The notes under the pieces are model-generated. The model was not told where the DNA came from, ran no database searches, and was given only the letters and a program-made list of their open reading frames with translations. Below, in pieces: positions 44,151 through 53,327 of a DNA stretch of 64,000 nt. Each line of letters starts with the position of its first letter. Positions within the stretch are counted from its first letter, which is position 1. Where the stretch lies: assembly GCA_964019335.1 (NCBI GenBank), contig OZ025666.1, forward strand, positions 62,001 through 126,000, read 5' to 3'. The position numbers and the translations under genes are program-made. The DNA comes from Diplonema japonicum (lineage: Eukaryota > Protista > Euglenozoa: Diplonemea).

Positions 44151-45649
44151 GAGAAAACTGCTAACTTGACCCCTACGTTTGAGAAATGTCCAAAAGCCAC
44201 CCCCTTAATTTGAGAAATGTTCAAGGTCTATCTTTAAAGAGGAAAAAGTTTCTGATCCAGTCCCCAAGGTTTCTTAAATCTCTGTGTAGTACCCCAAATC
44301 TTCAAAAAAACTCATACTCGACCCCTAGGTTTTAAAATGCTTGAATTCGGTCGCCTTAGTTTCATAAATGCTCAAAGTAGACCCCCTTGGTTTTCAAAAT
44401 GTTCAAATCCGGCCCCCTAAATTTCCAGAATGCCCAACCTGGGCCCCCTATGTTTCATAAATGCTCAACAACATTTTTTCACCCCAACATTTCCTCCAGC
44501 TCTTTTCCCCATCATTATATCACAAAAACCAATCCATTTTAAAATGCCTACAACCCAGTCAAAGATTGTTGCTGATGCGGTGTTCTCAGACATGGCTGAG
44601 GCGTGAAGAGAGGCCTTCTCGGACTGCTACAAGAGCGGTCGGGTGTTTAGCACTGTGAAAACCACCAGTGAAAAGGTGGTACTTGCCTGCTGCACTGAAG
44701 ACTGCCAATGGAGGGTGGTGTTCCGGAATAAAGAAGGGGGGGCATATGTAACATGCCTCCCCATACCTGCACCCTATCCAACCATGGAAAGAAGACACCA
44801 GTTGGCACTGCAGATTGGGTTGCAAGGATGCTTCGGGACAAGGTGGAGAAATCCTCCGGTTAAGGGCCGACCCAGGCGATGACTGACATACGGGTCTTCA
44901 GGGAGGCAGGCATTGGACTTTCCTCTGCTAGGGAGACTCTTTTCGGATCAGCATCCAGTGCCTATGTGAAGCTCTCCCCATACTTCGATGACCTGAAGGC
45001 AATCAGCCCTGGCACCTTTTTTGACATCGAGAGGGACTCAGGGTCGCGCTTCAAGTGCTGTTTTTTTTTGCCTTCGCCCCCTCAGTCAACGGTTTCACTT
45101 ATGTGAAGCCCATAATTTCGATGGAACACACCTGGGTGACTTTGGGGGTTCTGCTTCAAAAGGTGTAGGGAGGAATAAGAAGAGGATCCCCAGCAAGAGC
45201 GAAAGGAAGAATGCCTGCAGTCGTTGTGGCATTCTTGGCCACAAGACTTCGATGTGCACCAACCCTCCTGGTCCTCCCAAGAAGCAAAGGTTTTCTTTTA
45301 AATGCTGTAATCTTTTACACAGGAAGACACCTTTGACGCAGCCCTCTAAGAAGTAGCCTTGGTGACCTGGGCTGTCTTTTTCTTTTCCTTTCAAGTTGCC
45401 TATTGTTGAGGAACATGCATGCGCACAACCTTGTTGAGCGCTAATGAAACATAGGGGCGATTTCCCGCCGTAGGGGCCTAGTTAGGGCATTTGAAAACCT
45501 GAGGGGGCGGACTTTGAACACTTTGGAAACTTAGGGGGTGGGATTTGAGCGTTTTGAAGACTTAGGGGGTGGACTTTGAGCATTTTGGAAACCTAGGGGT
45601 CGGAATTTAAGCATTTCGAAAACTTAGGGGTCAAGTTAGGACTCTACCC
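44151..45649 (+). mobile_element. Internally deleted Mutator-like (MULE) transposon, 1499 bp
   Basis: Perfect 9-bp TSD AAAAAATAA (44142-44150, 45650-45658); TIR core CTAACTTGACCCCTA / TAGGGGTCAAGTTAG with ~31-bp subterminal tandem repeats; frameshifted transposase pieces CCTEDCQWRV, LSPYFDDLKAISPGTFFDIERD, FDGTHL, CSRCGILGHKTSMC. Confidence 0.9.
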
Positions 45650-45962
45650 AAAAAATAACTAATTAACAGCACGCTCCTGGTGATGCCGTCTCGACGCCTG
45701 GATCCAGCACTGTGATAATGGGGACTTCGAAACTAGACAAAGACTTTGTCTTCCCAGTTAAAATGGGACTCGTGTAGACCGGGCCATTTTTTTTTTTTTT
45801 TTTTATCCCTCTTCTTTTCAAAAAAAGAAAAAGAAAAAGAAAAAAAAAAGTGTTGGTATTTTATTTTTTGTTGTAGTTTCTTTCACGCGTCGGGGAAAGA
45901 AAAAAGAAAAAAAAAGTGAAAGAAGAACCAAACAAAAAAAAAAAACAAAAAAAAAAAAGAAA

Positions 45963-46796
45963 ATGACCCGAAGGACGAGATCAGCAACAACGTTTTCCAA
46001 AGCTGGCGGGGATTCTCAGAAGCGAGCGTACACACCGGAGATCAAGAAGACGGATGCCCCGAACAAGGTAGCGGGGGTGAACGATGCACATGTGATAGAT
46101 GTGTGGGCATGGCGCTACGGGAAAGACAGGGAGTGGAAGTCAGTGAGGGAGTGCAAGATGAAGATCGCGAACTATTACATCAGAATCTTCAAGGGAGAGA
46201 AGTTGCTTCAAGAGGTCCCCTTCGGCGACGTGAAGTGCGTGTTCAACTACATCACTTCAGCAAGGCTGATCATAGGAGTGCACAAGGGACACGCGATGTT
46301 CCTGTCTTTGGATAAAAAAGACCATTCAAGGTTTCAGGAACTGATGACGATGTACGGGTTGAATTCAAAGCCTGTTTCGTATGGGGAATTTTTCAGACAG
46401 CAAAAAAGCTTAATTTTCCCGGCGCTTCCTGTTGTGGAGGGGGTCTCGCAGGGGTCGTCTGCCGCGGGTTCGGGTTCGGGTACACCTACTCAATCTGCTG
46501 AGGAACCCGAAACTGAGCAGACGCTCCTCCGCCAGCTCCAGCAACAACTTGAAGACCTTAAGACAAAAAATGTTTCTCTTAACTACGAGATGTCCCGTTT
46601 GAACGAAACCCGTCCACGTCTTCTCCACCACCCTCACATCGCCACCACTGCCCCTTGCACTCCCCAAGCCTACACCACTCTCGCCGACCCCCTCACTGTC
46701 CCTTACCCGCTTCAGCAATACCGTTACAACCCCAAGCTGGGCGGCCCGATGGGTCCTTTTCCATACCAATGTCTTCCCCAATCGTTTGCTAATTGA
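45963..46796 (+). CDS. Hypothetical protein with PH-like beta-rich domain and short coiled coil
   Basis: 277-aa ORF with coding composition between homopolymer-rich spacers. Confidence 0.75.
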   Translation: MTRRTRSATTFSKAGGDSQKRAYTPEIKKTDAPNKVAGVNDAHVIDVWAWRYGKDREWKSVRECKMKIANYYIRIFKGEKLLQEVPFGDVKCVFNYITSARLIIGVHKGHAMFLSLDKKDHSRFQELMTMYGLNSKPVSYGEFFRQQKSLIFPALPVVEGVSQGSSAAGSGSGTPTQSAEEPETEQTLLRQLQQQLEDLKTKNVSLNYEMSRLNETRPRLLHHPHIATTAPCTPQAYTTLADPLTVPYPLQQYRYNPKLGGPMGPFPYQCLPQSFAN

Positions 46797-47034
46797 TGAA
46801 GAGAAGTGAAGAGAGAGAAAACTAATTTAACGGGTCTCCCCTCCCTCCTTTGCCCTCCTGTCTGGCGGTGGACATGAAAAGGGTAAGAATACTATGAGAA
46901 CAAAATGAGTGGAGGGAGAGAAAAACGAAGGGGAAACAAAAAAAAAAATGAAAAACGTTTTTTTTTTTCATTTTATTTTTATATTATTATTATTATTATT
47001 GTGCTTTTCTATCAAAGAAAAGAGAAAAATGAGG

Positions 47035-47085
<51 letters not shown>

Positions 47086-47612
47086 CTGAAAACCTGCTAA
47101 GACCTCAGCTCTTTGTCTTCCCTAAGAACGATTAATTGTGCGAGGGCAGCTAGAGGCGGTAGGAATAAGTATTAACCCTTTTAATTCTTTTCTTTTTTTT
47201 TTTTTTTTTTTTTTTTACCACAGCCTTTTATTATTATTTACTCATACTGTGGTGAAGTCCTTGCCCTGTTCTTTCTTCCTCTGGTGCTTTGTTCTGTGTC
47301 TTTTCTTCTTCTTTGGCGTCCTGCCACATACCGCAGGTACCCTTAATTTCTTTTTTTTCCTTCCATCCCCTTTCACCCCCTTTGAAGCATGGGTTCTATG
47401 AGTTATATTTCTTTCTCGTGAGAGGAAGAACGGATTTTACTCCACTCCATTCTAGTAAGGAGGATTCACTCTAAACGCCCCCCCCGCCGTACTCATCGGT
47501 GTGGAGGCCATTATTTTCCCTCTTTTTTTCTTCTTTCCCCCCCCCCCTTTTTTTCTGTTCCTGTTACTGTGTTGAAAAATTGCCACCGTCTCCCCCCCCC
47601 CCCCCCCCCCCC

Positions 47613-48343
47613 CAGGGCTATGCTGGCATGGAAACGCGTTTCCATGCATTTTTTGAAAAAAAGGGAAACGTTTCCTTATTTTGGGGGTTTTAGACCTATT
47701 TTTTTGGGGGCAAATCACTCGGAAGAAATATACGAGACAAAGGGGGCCAGTGTTGGTGGCGCCCTGGGAAATCTTCTGGGTTTCGATGAAGGATGCGATT
47801 GTAGCATCCATTTTTTGAACAGCGTCGTCAACCAGCCTTCCGCTCAGAGCTTTCCTGTCCGGTAGCTCGTACGTGGCCCCGAGCGGAAGGCGCTTCACCT
47901 TCTCAAACAGTGTCTTGAATGTTCTGTGAACAGAAAATATGAGAGGACACGAAACAGATAAACATCATACCGATGTTCGACCCTCAAAAATGGGGTCCCA
48001 GTTTCGAGAAAGAAATCCCGAACAGCCCTGTCCACGTCGTCTGGCGTGCTTGTAGTTAAAAATGGCGTCATTGGCCTGTTCTCCACTTTACGCTTCTTCG
48101 TTCCCTCTGCCTCAGCCTTCGCCTCCGCTGTCGCTTTCTCCAACAGCTTCTTGTTTACTTTCGTTTTTGTAGAAACCGACGTGTGCTTTCCTTGTAAAAC
48201 CCCAAAAGTAAGTATCTTCAAAAACCCCAAATAAATAAGGACCTTCTAAACAGTGTTTACCGAAATATACATAGCCGTTTCCATGAGAATTTTGAAAACA
48301 TGGAAACGGAAACGTTTCCACGTTTCCTGCCAGCATAGCCCTA
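47613..48343 (-). mobile_element. Deleted hAT-family transposon with an intron-containing transposase remnant
   Basis: 16-bp TIR CAGGGCTATGCTGGCA / TGCCAGCATAGCCCTA; multiple subterminal GGAAACG motifs; removing - strand intron 47970-47924 gives AVRDFFLETGTPFLRVEHRTFKTLF...YELPDRKALSGRLVD (hAT-like). Confidence 0.8.
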
Positions 48344-48912
48344 GGGGGGGGGTCACATGGTCCTAAAAAAACGTGGTTAAACGTGAAAAAAAATTTTTTT
48401 TAAAGAATTTCCCCCTAAGGTAAAAAAAACCGCCCAATACCCATATACATACCCTCCAAATTAACCAAAAAATCAAAATTCGCCGGATTAGAGCATTTCT
48501 GAGCACTTGTTAATACTTTATCTGTATTTTTGAAAAACAGTGACCACGGTTTGGTACCTGAAATATTTGCAAAACAAACTTACCATCCTAACCTCGGGAA
48601 AATGATAGATATTCATCAGAAATGCCGCGCAAAACACAGAAAAGTTCACAGTCGGACAATGTAAGACAGTACTCTGCGTTCAAACGGTAGCGGCATCCTA
48701 AAGAGCCGCGTTCAAAGGGTGAACAAACCATGGTCAAATTCTAAAGTTTTCAGAAAACTCAGAAACTACAGGGGAGACAACAGGCCAGGTACCAAACCGT
48801 GGTCACCAGTTTGGTCGAGAAAGGGGTGTTTTACATGGTTTAAACGGCTCCAGTGTTCTGCATTTCCGAATTTGAAAAAACCCACTTTACCACCCCCATG
48901 TGACCCCCCCCC
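48344..48912. mobile_element. MITE-like element with nested inverted repeats
   Basis: G9TCACATGG / CCATGTGAC9 ends; internal perfect 21-bp IR 48540-48560 / 48786-48806. Confidence 0.6.
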
Positions 48913-49872
48913 GCCCCTTCCCCTTGCTGTAACAGGTTTTTGACTTGTTTGAATAAAAGGGGGGTCAGTTAGCTGCCATACCTTTTTTTATTCTGCCCCC
49001 CCCCCCCTTTTTTTTCTATTGTCTGTGAAAACGACTCCTTCTTCTCCCGAGGAGAAGTTCGATCGGGAAAAAAAAAAGAAATAGATACAGTTTTTCCTTT
49101 TTTTTTTTCCCCCCCAAATTTTTTTTTATTGCAAAAAAAAAGAAAACCGGTGCCTGAGTGAGTATTTTTTTTCCTGTTCGGAGTGAGGTAGTGATGGGGG
49201 GGGGGGGGGGGGGGGTTAGGGGGTTTTTTCTTTTCGAGGAAAAAAAGTATTTTTTAAGGACCTTAAAAGAAATCGTCTGTTTTACAGGGCGAATAACAGG
49301 CCGCAAAAGAATGATCAAAAAGAAAATGAAGAGGGAAGGGGGGAAAGTATACTAGCACCGGAAACTGCGTTCGACGAAAATGCGTTGCCCCCAAGACACA
49401 ATTTCTTTTTTTCTTTTCGCTAAAACCTTTGTTTCTAAAAACAAACGCCGATGCGAGGAGGGAGAAAAAAAAAATTGGTCTCTAAAAATACTTTTTTTTT
49501 TCCTTATCCCCCTTTTTTTTGGGGGGGGGTCAGTAGCTGCAGCATTAAAAAAAAGTGTCTTTTTATTCTTTTTTTCTGTATTTTTTTTCGTATCCACTTT
49601 TTCAGATCCACAACAAATAAAGGGAAAGGAACAAAAAAGGGGGGGAAAGAGAGACACTACAATTCGTACAAACTCGGGGGGGGGGGGGGGGGGGGAACCT
49701 TGTTGCTTTTTTTGCTTATTGATCCCCCCCCCCATCCCTCCCATTCGTTTCCCCCCCCCCTTTTTTATTCTTTTTTATTTCTAGGGGAAGCGGTTGGAAG
49801 GAAAATGAAGGCAGGAGCAACTCCTTTGCGTTTTTCGCCTCGGTAACTTTTAAAAAAAAATATTATTATGAA

Positions 49873-50049
49873 CCACTAAGCCCACAGGCCAAAAACCAAA
49901 AAAAAAAAAAAAAAAAATCAATTTCCCAAAAAACTCGGGGGGGAAATGGCAGTATTTAACCAAACAAAGTGAAAAAATGGCGCAATTTGGCCAAAAGGTC
50001 TATGGTTTCTCTTTTTTTTTTTAAAAAATATGACATGTGGGTTTAGTGG
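49873..50049. mobile_element. Short piggyBac-like MITE
   Basis: CCACTAAGCCCACA / TGTGGGTTTAGTGG (1 mismatch); flanks TGAA and TTAA. Confidence 0.45.
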
Positions 50050-50747
50050 TTAAAAAAACGGGCACCCCTCATAAGATTGAAACAGTAATGTCTTAATGTG
50101 ATTTCTAAAAAAAAAGAAAAAAAAAGAAGGAAGAAAAAGCCTGCTCTATGTTCTACTTAGGGAAAATTCACAAAGAGAGGTGGGTAGAAAAAAACCTCCC
50201 CAGAAAAAAAAAATCTTTGTTTGTTTCATTTATTTTTTTTTTTCTCCTCTCCCTAAATTTTTTTGCTAGGCATGGGGAGATTGCTCCACTCTATTTTATG
50301 TCATGCCTTATCCAAAGAGGATTTTAAAGAAAAAAAAATAAAAAGAAAAGAAAATACCCCCTCTTCACATCTTCTTTATTTTGTTGTGGCCATTCTCCAT
50401 GCTTCCACACTATCCCCCTTCCCACTTTTCCAGATATGAACTTTCTGTGCGTGATTCTATATATATAAAAAAAAAAAAAAAAAAAAAAAAAATAAATAAA
50501 AAAAAAATGGAGAGAGAAAAAAAAAGGATGAGAGCCCCTCCGTTTTCTTCGCTTCCGTTCCACCCACCCGTAGTTTCCTTTTTTTTTTTTTTTTTTTTTT
50601 CTCTTTCCTCCATTTCCCCCCCTTCAGGTTCTTTTTTTTTTCCTTCTTTTTTTTTTTTCTTCTTTTTGCGCTGAAGAGACCCAAAAGGAAGTTGAAAGGA
50701 AGGGGGGGAATAAAAAAAATAAAAAAAATAAGACAATAATAGTAAAA

Positions 50748-51105
50748 ATGTCACTTGGTTCAAAGCTCGATAGCCTTCTCAGCACTCCTTTCCCGAACCT
50801 CGACAAGGATGACGTAGCAGGTGCGTTGGGCATTGTGACAAAATGCTCCACGGAAGAGAAGATTAAGCAGGAACTGAAAGGATTAAGTGACGAACAGTGT
50901 GATGTTTTGATGAAAGTCCTCTACAAAGGATTGGAAACTGGGAAAAACTCGAACACGTTGTTCAAATGGCACGAATGGGTATGAGGAGAAGGCAACGCTA
51001 TACAACACGTATCCACAGCTTTGCGAGAAAACCGGGCCTGGTTGCATAGTGAGGACTCTGACCGACAGGGCGCCCGCAGATGATGCCGACGAAGATGATG
51101 AGTGA
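50748..51105 (+). CDS. ARPC5: Arp2/3 complex subunit 5 (p16-Arc); exons 50748-50978, 51019-51105
   Basis: LSDEQCDVLMKVLYKGL..SNTLFKWHEW|LCEKTGPGCIVRTLTDR; 40-nt intron. Confidence 0.9.
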
Positions 51106-51277
51106 AGTCCCCTCCCCCCCTCTCCTGTCCCATATGTGGTTCTTTCCTTCTCACCCCGTGTTTTTTTTCTTTTTCTTTTCTTTTTGTTGTTGCCCCCCCC
51201 CCCCCCCCCTCATGTGTTTCCTCAATTCCCCCATTCCCCCCTTCTGCTCCTTTCAACAATTTTCAAATGAAAAATAA

Positions 51278-51388
51278 TAGAATGATGAGACACAAACCAT
51301 GACTCCAGACAGGTTGCGATGTGACAATCTCAGCCTCATGCTTGAAACCGATCGAGTCAAACAAGTGCAGGATCAACCACCTGACTTT
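51278..51388 (+). ncRNA. Box C/D snoRNA, predicted guide for SSU rRNA Um8
   Basis: C box ATGATGA 51282, D box CTGA 51381; guide GCAGGATCAACCA is complementary to the conserved SSU 5' TGGTTGATCCTGC. Confidence 0.85.
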
Positions 51389-51440
51389 CCTTCCTTTCTA
51401 TTTCCTGTGTTGCTCATAAGACCAATATACCCCACAAAGG

Positions 51441-51548
51441 CTAGCTGATGACAAACCATATTCTATATTTCACCTCTGACGCTTTGAGGGGTCTGCCCGA
51501 AAGGGTGGGCTCAGTTTGAAAATACAAATTTTTCGTCTCACTGACAAT
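51441..51548 (+). ncRNA. Box C/D snoRNA with two candidate SSU guides
   Basis: TGATGA 51446, CTGA 51476 and 51541; ATTTCACCT pairs with SSU AGGTGAAAT; ATTTTTCGTC pairs with SSU GACGAAAAAT. Confidence 0.7.
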
Positions 51549-51581
51549 GCCATTTCTACTCTGGCCTCATGGCACCCCTCT

Positions 51582-51690
51582 CTTCCCTGTGATGATAATG
51601 CACTCCGTTTATCTTTGTAGGTTGGGACAACTGAGCACCTTGTGTGTTGAAGATGCTGCATCAGGATTATTATCTAGAAAACTGAGAAGG
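51582..51690 (+). ncRNA. Box C/D snoRNA, SNORD74-like LSU guide
   Basis: GTGATGA 51589, D' CTGA 51631 preceded by TAGGTTGGGACA (pairs LSU TGTCCC(T/A)ACCTA), D CTGA 51682. Confidence 0.8.
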
Positions 51691-51860
51691 AAGGAAAGAC
51701 CAATCGTGTGATGGAATAAAAAAAAAACAAGCTGGTCACAGCTAGTGGCAGCCCCAGCGACCCTCCATGGATCTGACCACCCGTTCCGACTCACCCAGAT
51801 CACACTGTCAAGGTGTTCTTCTGGGAACATCCCAGTTTTCTTTTTCTTTCCTCAACGAGA

Positions 51861-51964
51861 AAATGATGAAAATATATTCTGTCAGTGCTGGCACCAGAGC
51901 AGAGCTGCGGAGGGGTAGCACCCTTTGTGACCATGAGCACATTTTAATATTCCGCTGCTGAAAT
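51861..51964 (+). ncRNA. Box C/D snoRNA targeting SSU helix 18
   Basis: ATGATGA 51863; TGCTGGCACCAGA (13 nt complementary to SSU TCTGGTGCCAGCA) before D' CAGA 51900; D CTGA 51958. Confidence 0.85.
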
Positions 51965-52013
51965 AAAAAAGGAAAGAAATACGATTTAAGAAAAGAAGAT
52001 GAGAAAAGTAGCC

Positions 52014-52395
52014 CAGGCAGTGATGAAAAGACAGGAGTGAGGAGCATGAGCGGGGAGGGAGGGGGCTGCGCAGAAGGAACCGTACACAGGAAGGGGTCCC
52101 TGTTTGGGGGCGGCCTTCCTCCGCAAGATCCTTTTGGGTAAAGTCCCTGAGAAAAGCGGCGGGCTGGGTTCGCGCTGCTTGCACCTCTCCGGGAGGCCAT
52201 CCCTGCAAGAGGGTGCGGGTGTGGTTTCTGCACCTGCGCTGTGCGGGGTTCGCCCCTGCTGCAGCGGCACCTGGAAGGGCGGCAGCGTGGGGCCCGTCGT
52301 GAAGACAGTCATGCAGCCACTGGGACCCTTGTCCCGCAACCTCAAGAGGGCTTATCCTCCCTCCCCGTGCTCCCGCTCTTTGTCTGCTGAGCCTG
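52014..52395 (+). ncRNA. RNase MRP RNA (RNase P RNA less likely) enclosed by a terminal box C/D motif
   Basis: P1 CGGGGAGGGAGG/CCTCCCTCCCCG plus extension; P2 GGCTGC 52064 / GCAGCC 52313; bipartite P3; CR-I GGTAAAGTCCCT 52137 pairs CR-V AGGGCTTA 52347 with a bulged U; CR-IV AGTCAT 52307; P19 GGGAC/GTCCC; GTGATGA 52020, CTGA 52387, closing stem CAGGC/GCCTG. Confidence 0.75.
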
Positions 52396-52717
52396 CTACA
52401 TCTTTTTTTTCCGTCCCCCCCACCCGCGCAGGAGCCACTAAGGACCTGGCTCTCCATAGCCTTGTCCACAGAGCGAATGCGGAGACCGTGGTCGGGAAAA
52501 GTACTCTCCAAACCTGCTGGGACGCTAGTGGGAGCCAATGAAGGGTGCTTCTTGCCTGAAGAGATCAGCACTTGGAGGAGTCGCAAGATTAGATCGAAAC
52601 TGAGAGATACCTAGTACTGACCATACCCCCTCCCTTTTTAGGGCATGCGGCTTTCGCTCTGGGAGTTTGCATGTTAATTTGAGTTTTTTTTGGTTTTTCC
52701 TGGCTTAAAAAAAAAAA

Positions 52718-52822
52718 AAATGATGAAAATATATTCTGTCAGTGCTGGCACCAGAGCAGAGCTGCAGAGGGGTAGCACCCTTTGTGACCATGAGCACATT
52801 TTTAATATTCCGCTGCTGAAAT
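52718..52822 (+). ncRNA. Duplicate of the helix-18 C/D snoRNA at 51861
   Basis: Near-identical copy; C box 52720, D box 52816. Confidence 0.85.
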
Positions 52823-52857
52823 AAAAAAAAGAAAATTGAGATATTTTTTCAAGACAC

Positions 52858-52926
52858 CACGGGGTGCAATTCTGCTGGGCCGAACGACCTCATGTTCCTC
52901 ATCAGCGGGAAACACCCCGGAGATGA
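52858..52926 (+). ncRNA. Single-hairpin AGA-box (H/ACA-like) pseudouridylation guide RNA
   Basis: Lower stem CGGGGTG/CACCCCG, pocket CAATT/GAAA, upper stem CTGCTG/CAGCGG, AGA at 52921. Confidence 0.65.
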
Positions 52927-52953
52927 GGAGGAGAGGTTGTGAAGAAGGCGAGA

Positions 52954-53047
52954 ACAACGAGTGATGACCAACACGAGGCATTTGTCTGAACACCTTTTGC
53001 GACGATTATAAAAAACGTATTCTACCTTAACTTATCGCTGACGTTGT
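52954..53047 (+). ncRNA. Box C/D snoRNA, U15/snR13-like LSU guide
   Basis: Terminal stem ACAACG/CGTTGT; GTGATGA 52961; ACGAGGCATTTG-T-CTGA pairs LSU CAAATGCCTCGT; D CTGA 53038. Confidence 0.85.
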
Positions 53048-53097
53048 GTTGCCGAAATTGTTTTTGGTGTTTTTTTTTTTTTGTTTTTGAAAGATAG

Positions 53098-53208
53098 GCG
53101 AATGATGAGACACGAACCATGACTCCAGACAGGTTGCGATGTGACAATCTCAGCCTCATGCTTGAAACCGATCGAGTCAAACAAGTGCAGGATCAACCAC
53201 CTGACTTT
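53098..53208 (+). ncRNA. Duplicate of the SSU Um8 C/D snoRNA at 51278
   Basis: One substitution versus copy 1; offset 1820. Confidence 0.85.
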
Positions 53209-53327
53209 CCTTCCTTTCTATTTCCTGTGTTGCTCATGGGACAACACATTGCGTGGTCCCTTACGATCGCTGGCCTTGTGTTGTTGGGTTGGATTGGGTT
53301 GTGTTTAACTTTTCTCTTTTTGCGCCT

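Noticed and set aside
44170-44470. CRISPR-like regularly spaced ~31-bp repeats
   Set aside because: Degenerate tandem units without unique spacers, mirrored at the other end of a MULE; eukaryotic context
51808-52586. Overlapping ORFs of 119-234 aa across the GC-rich block
   Set aside because: No protein features; by-product of a GC-rich structured RNA
52021-52620. Telomerase RNA (also a C/D-bearing long RNA in trypanosomes)
   Set aside because: No CCCTAA-type template seen; the P/MRP core motifs explain the structure better
52861-52920. Hammerhead ribozyme (CTGATGA on - strand; also CTGACGA near 41825)
   Set aside because: Required GAAA core after stem II is absent
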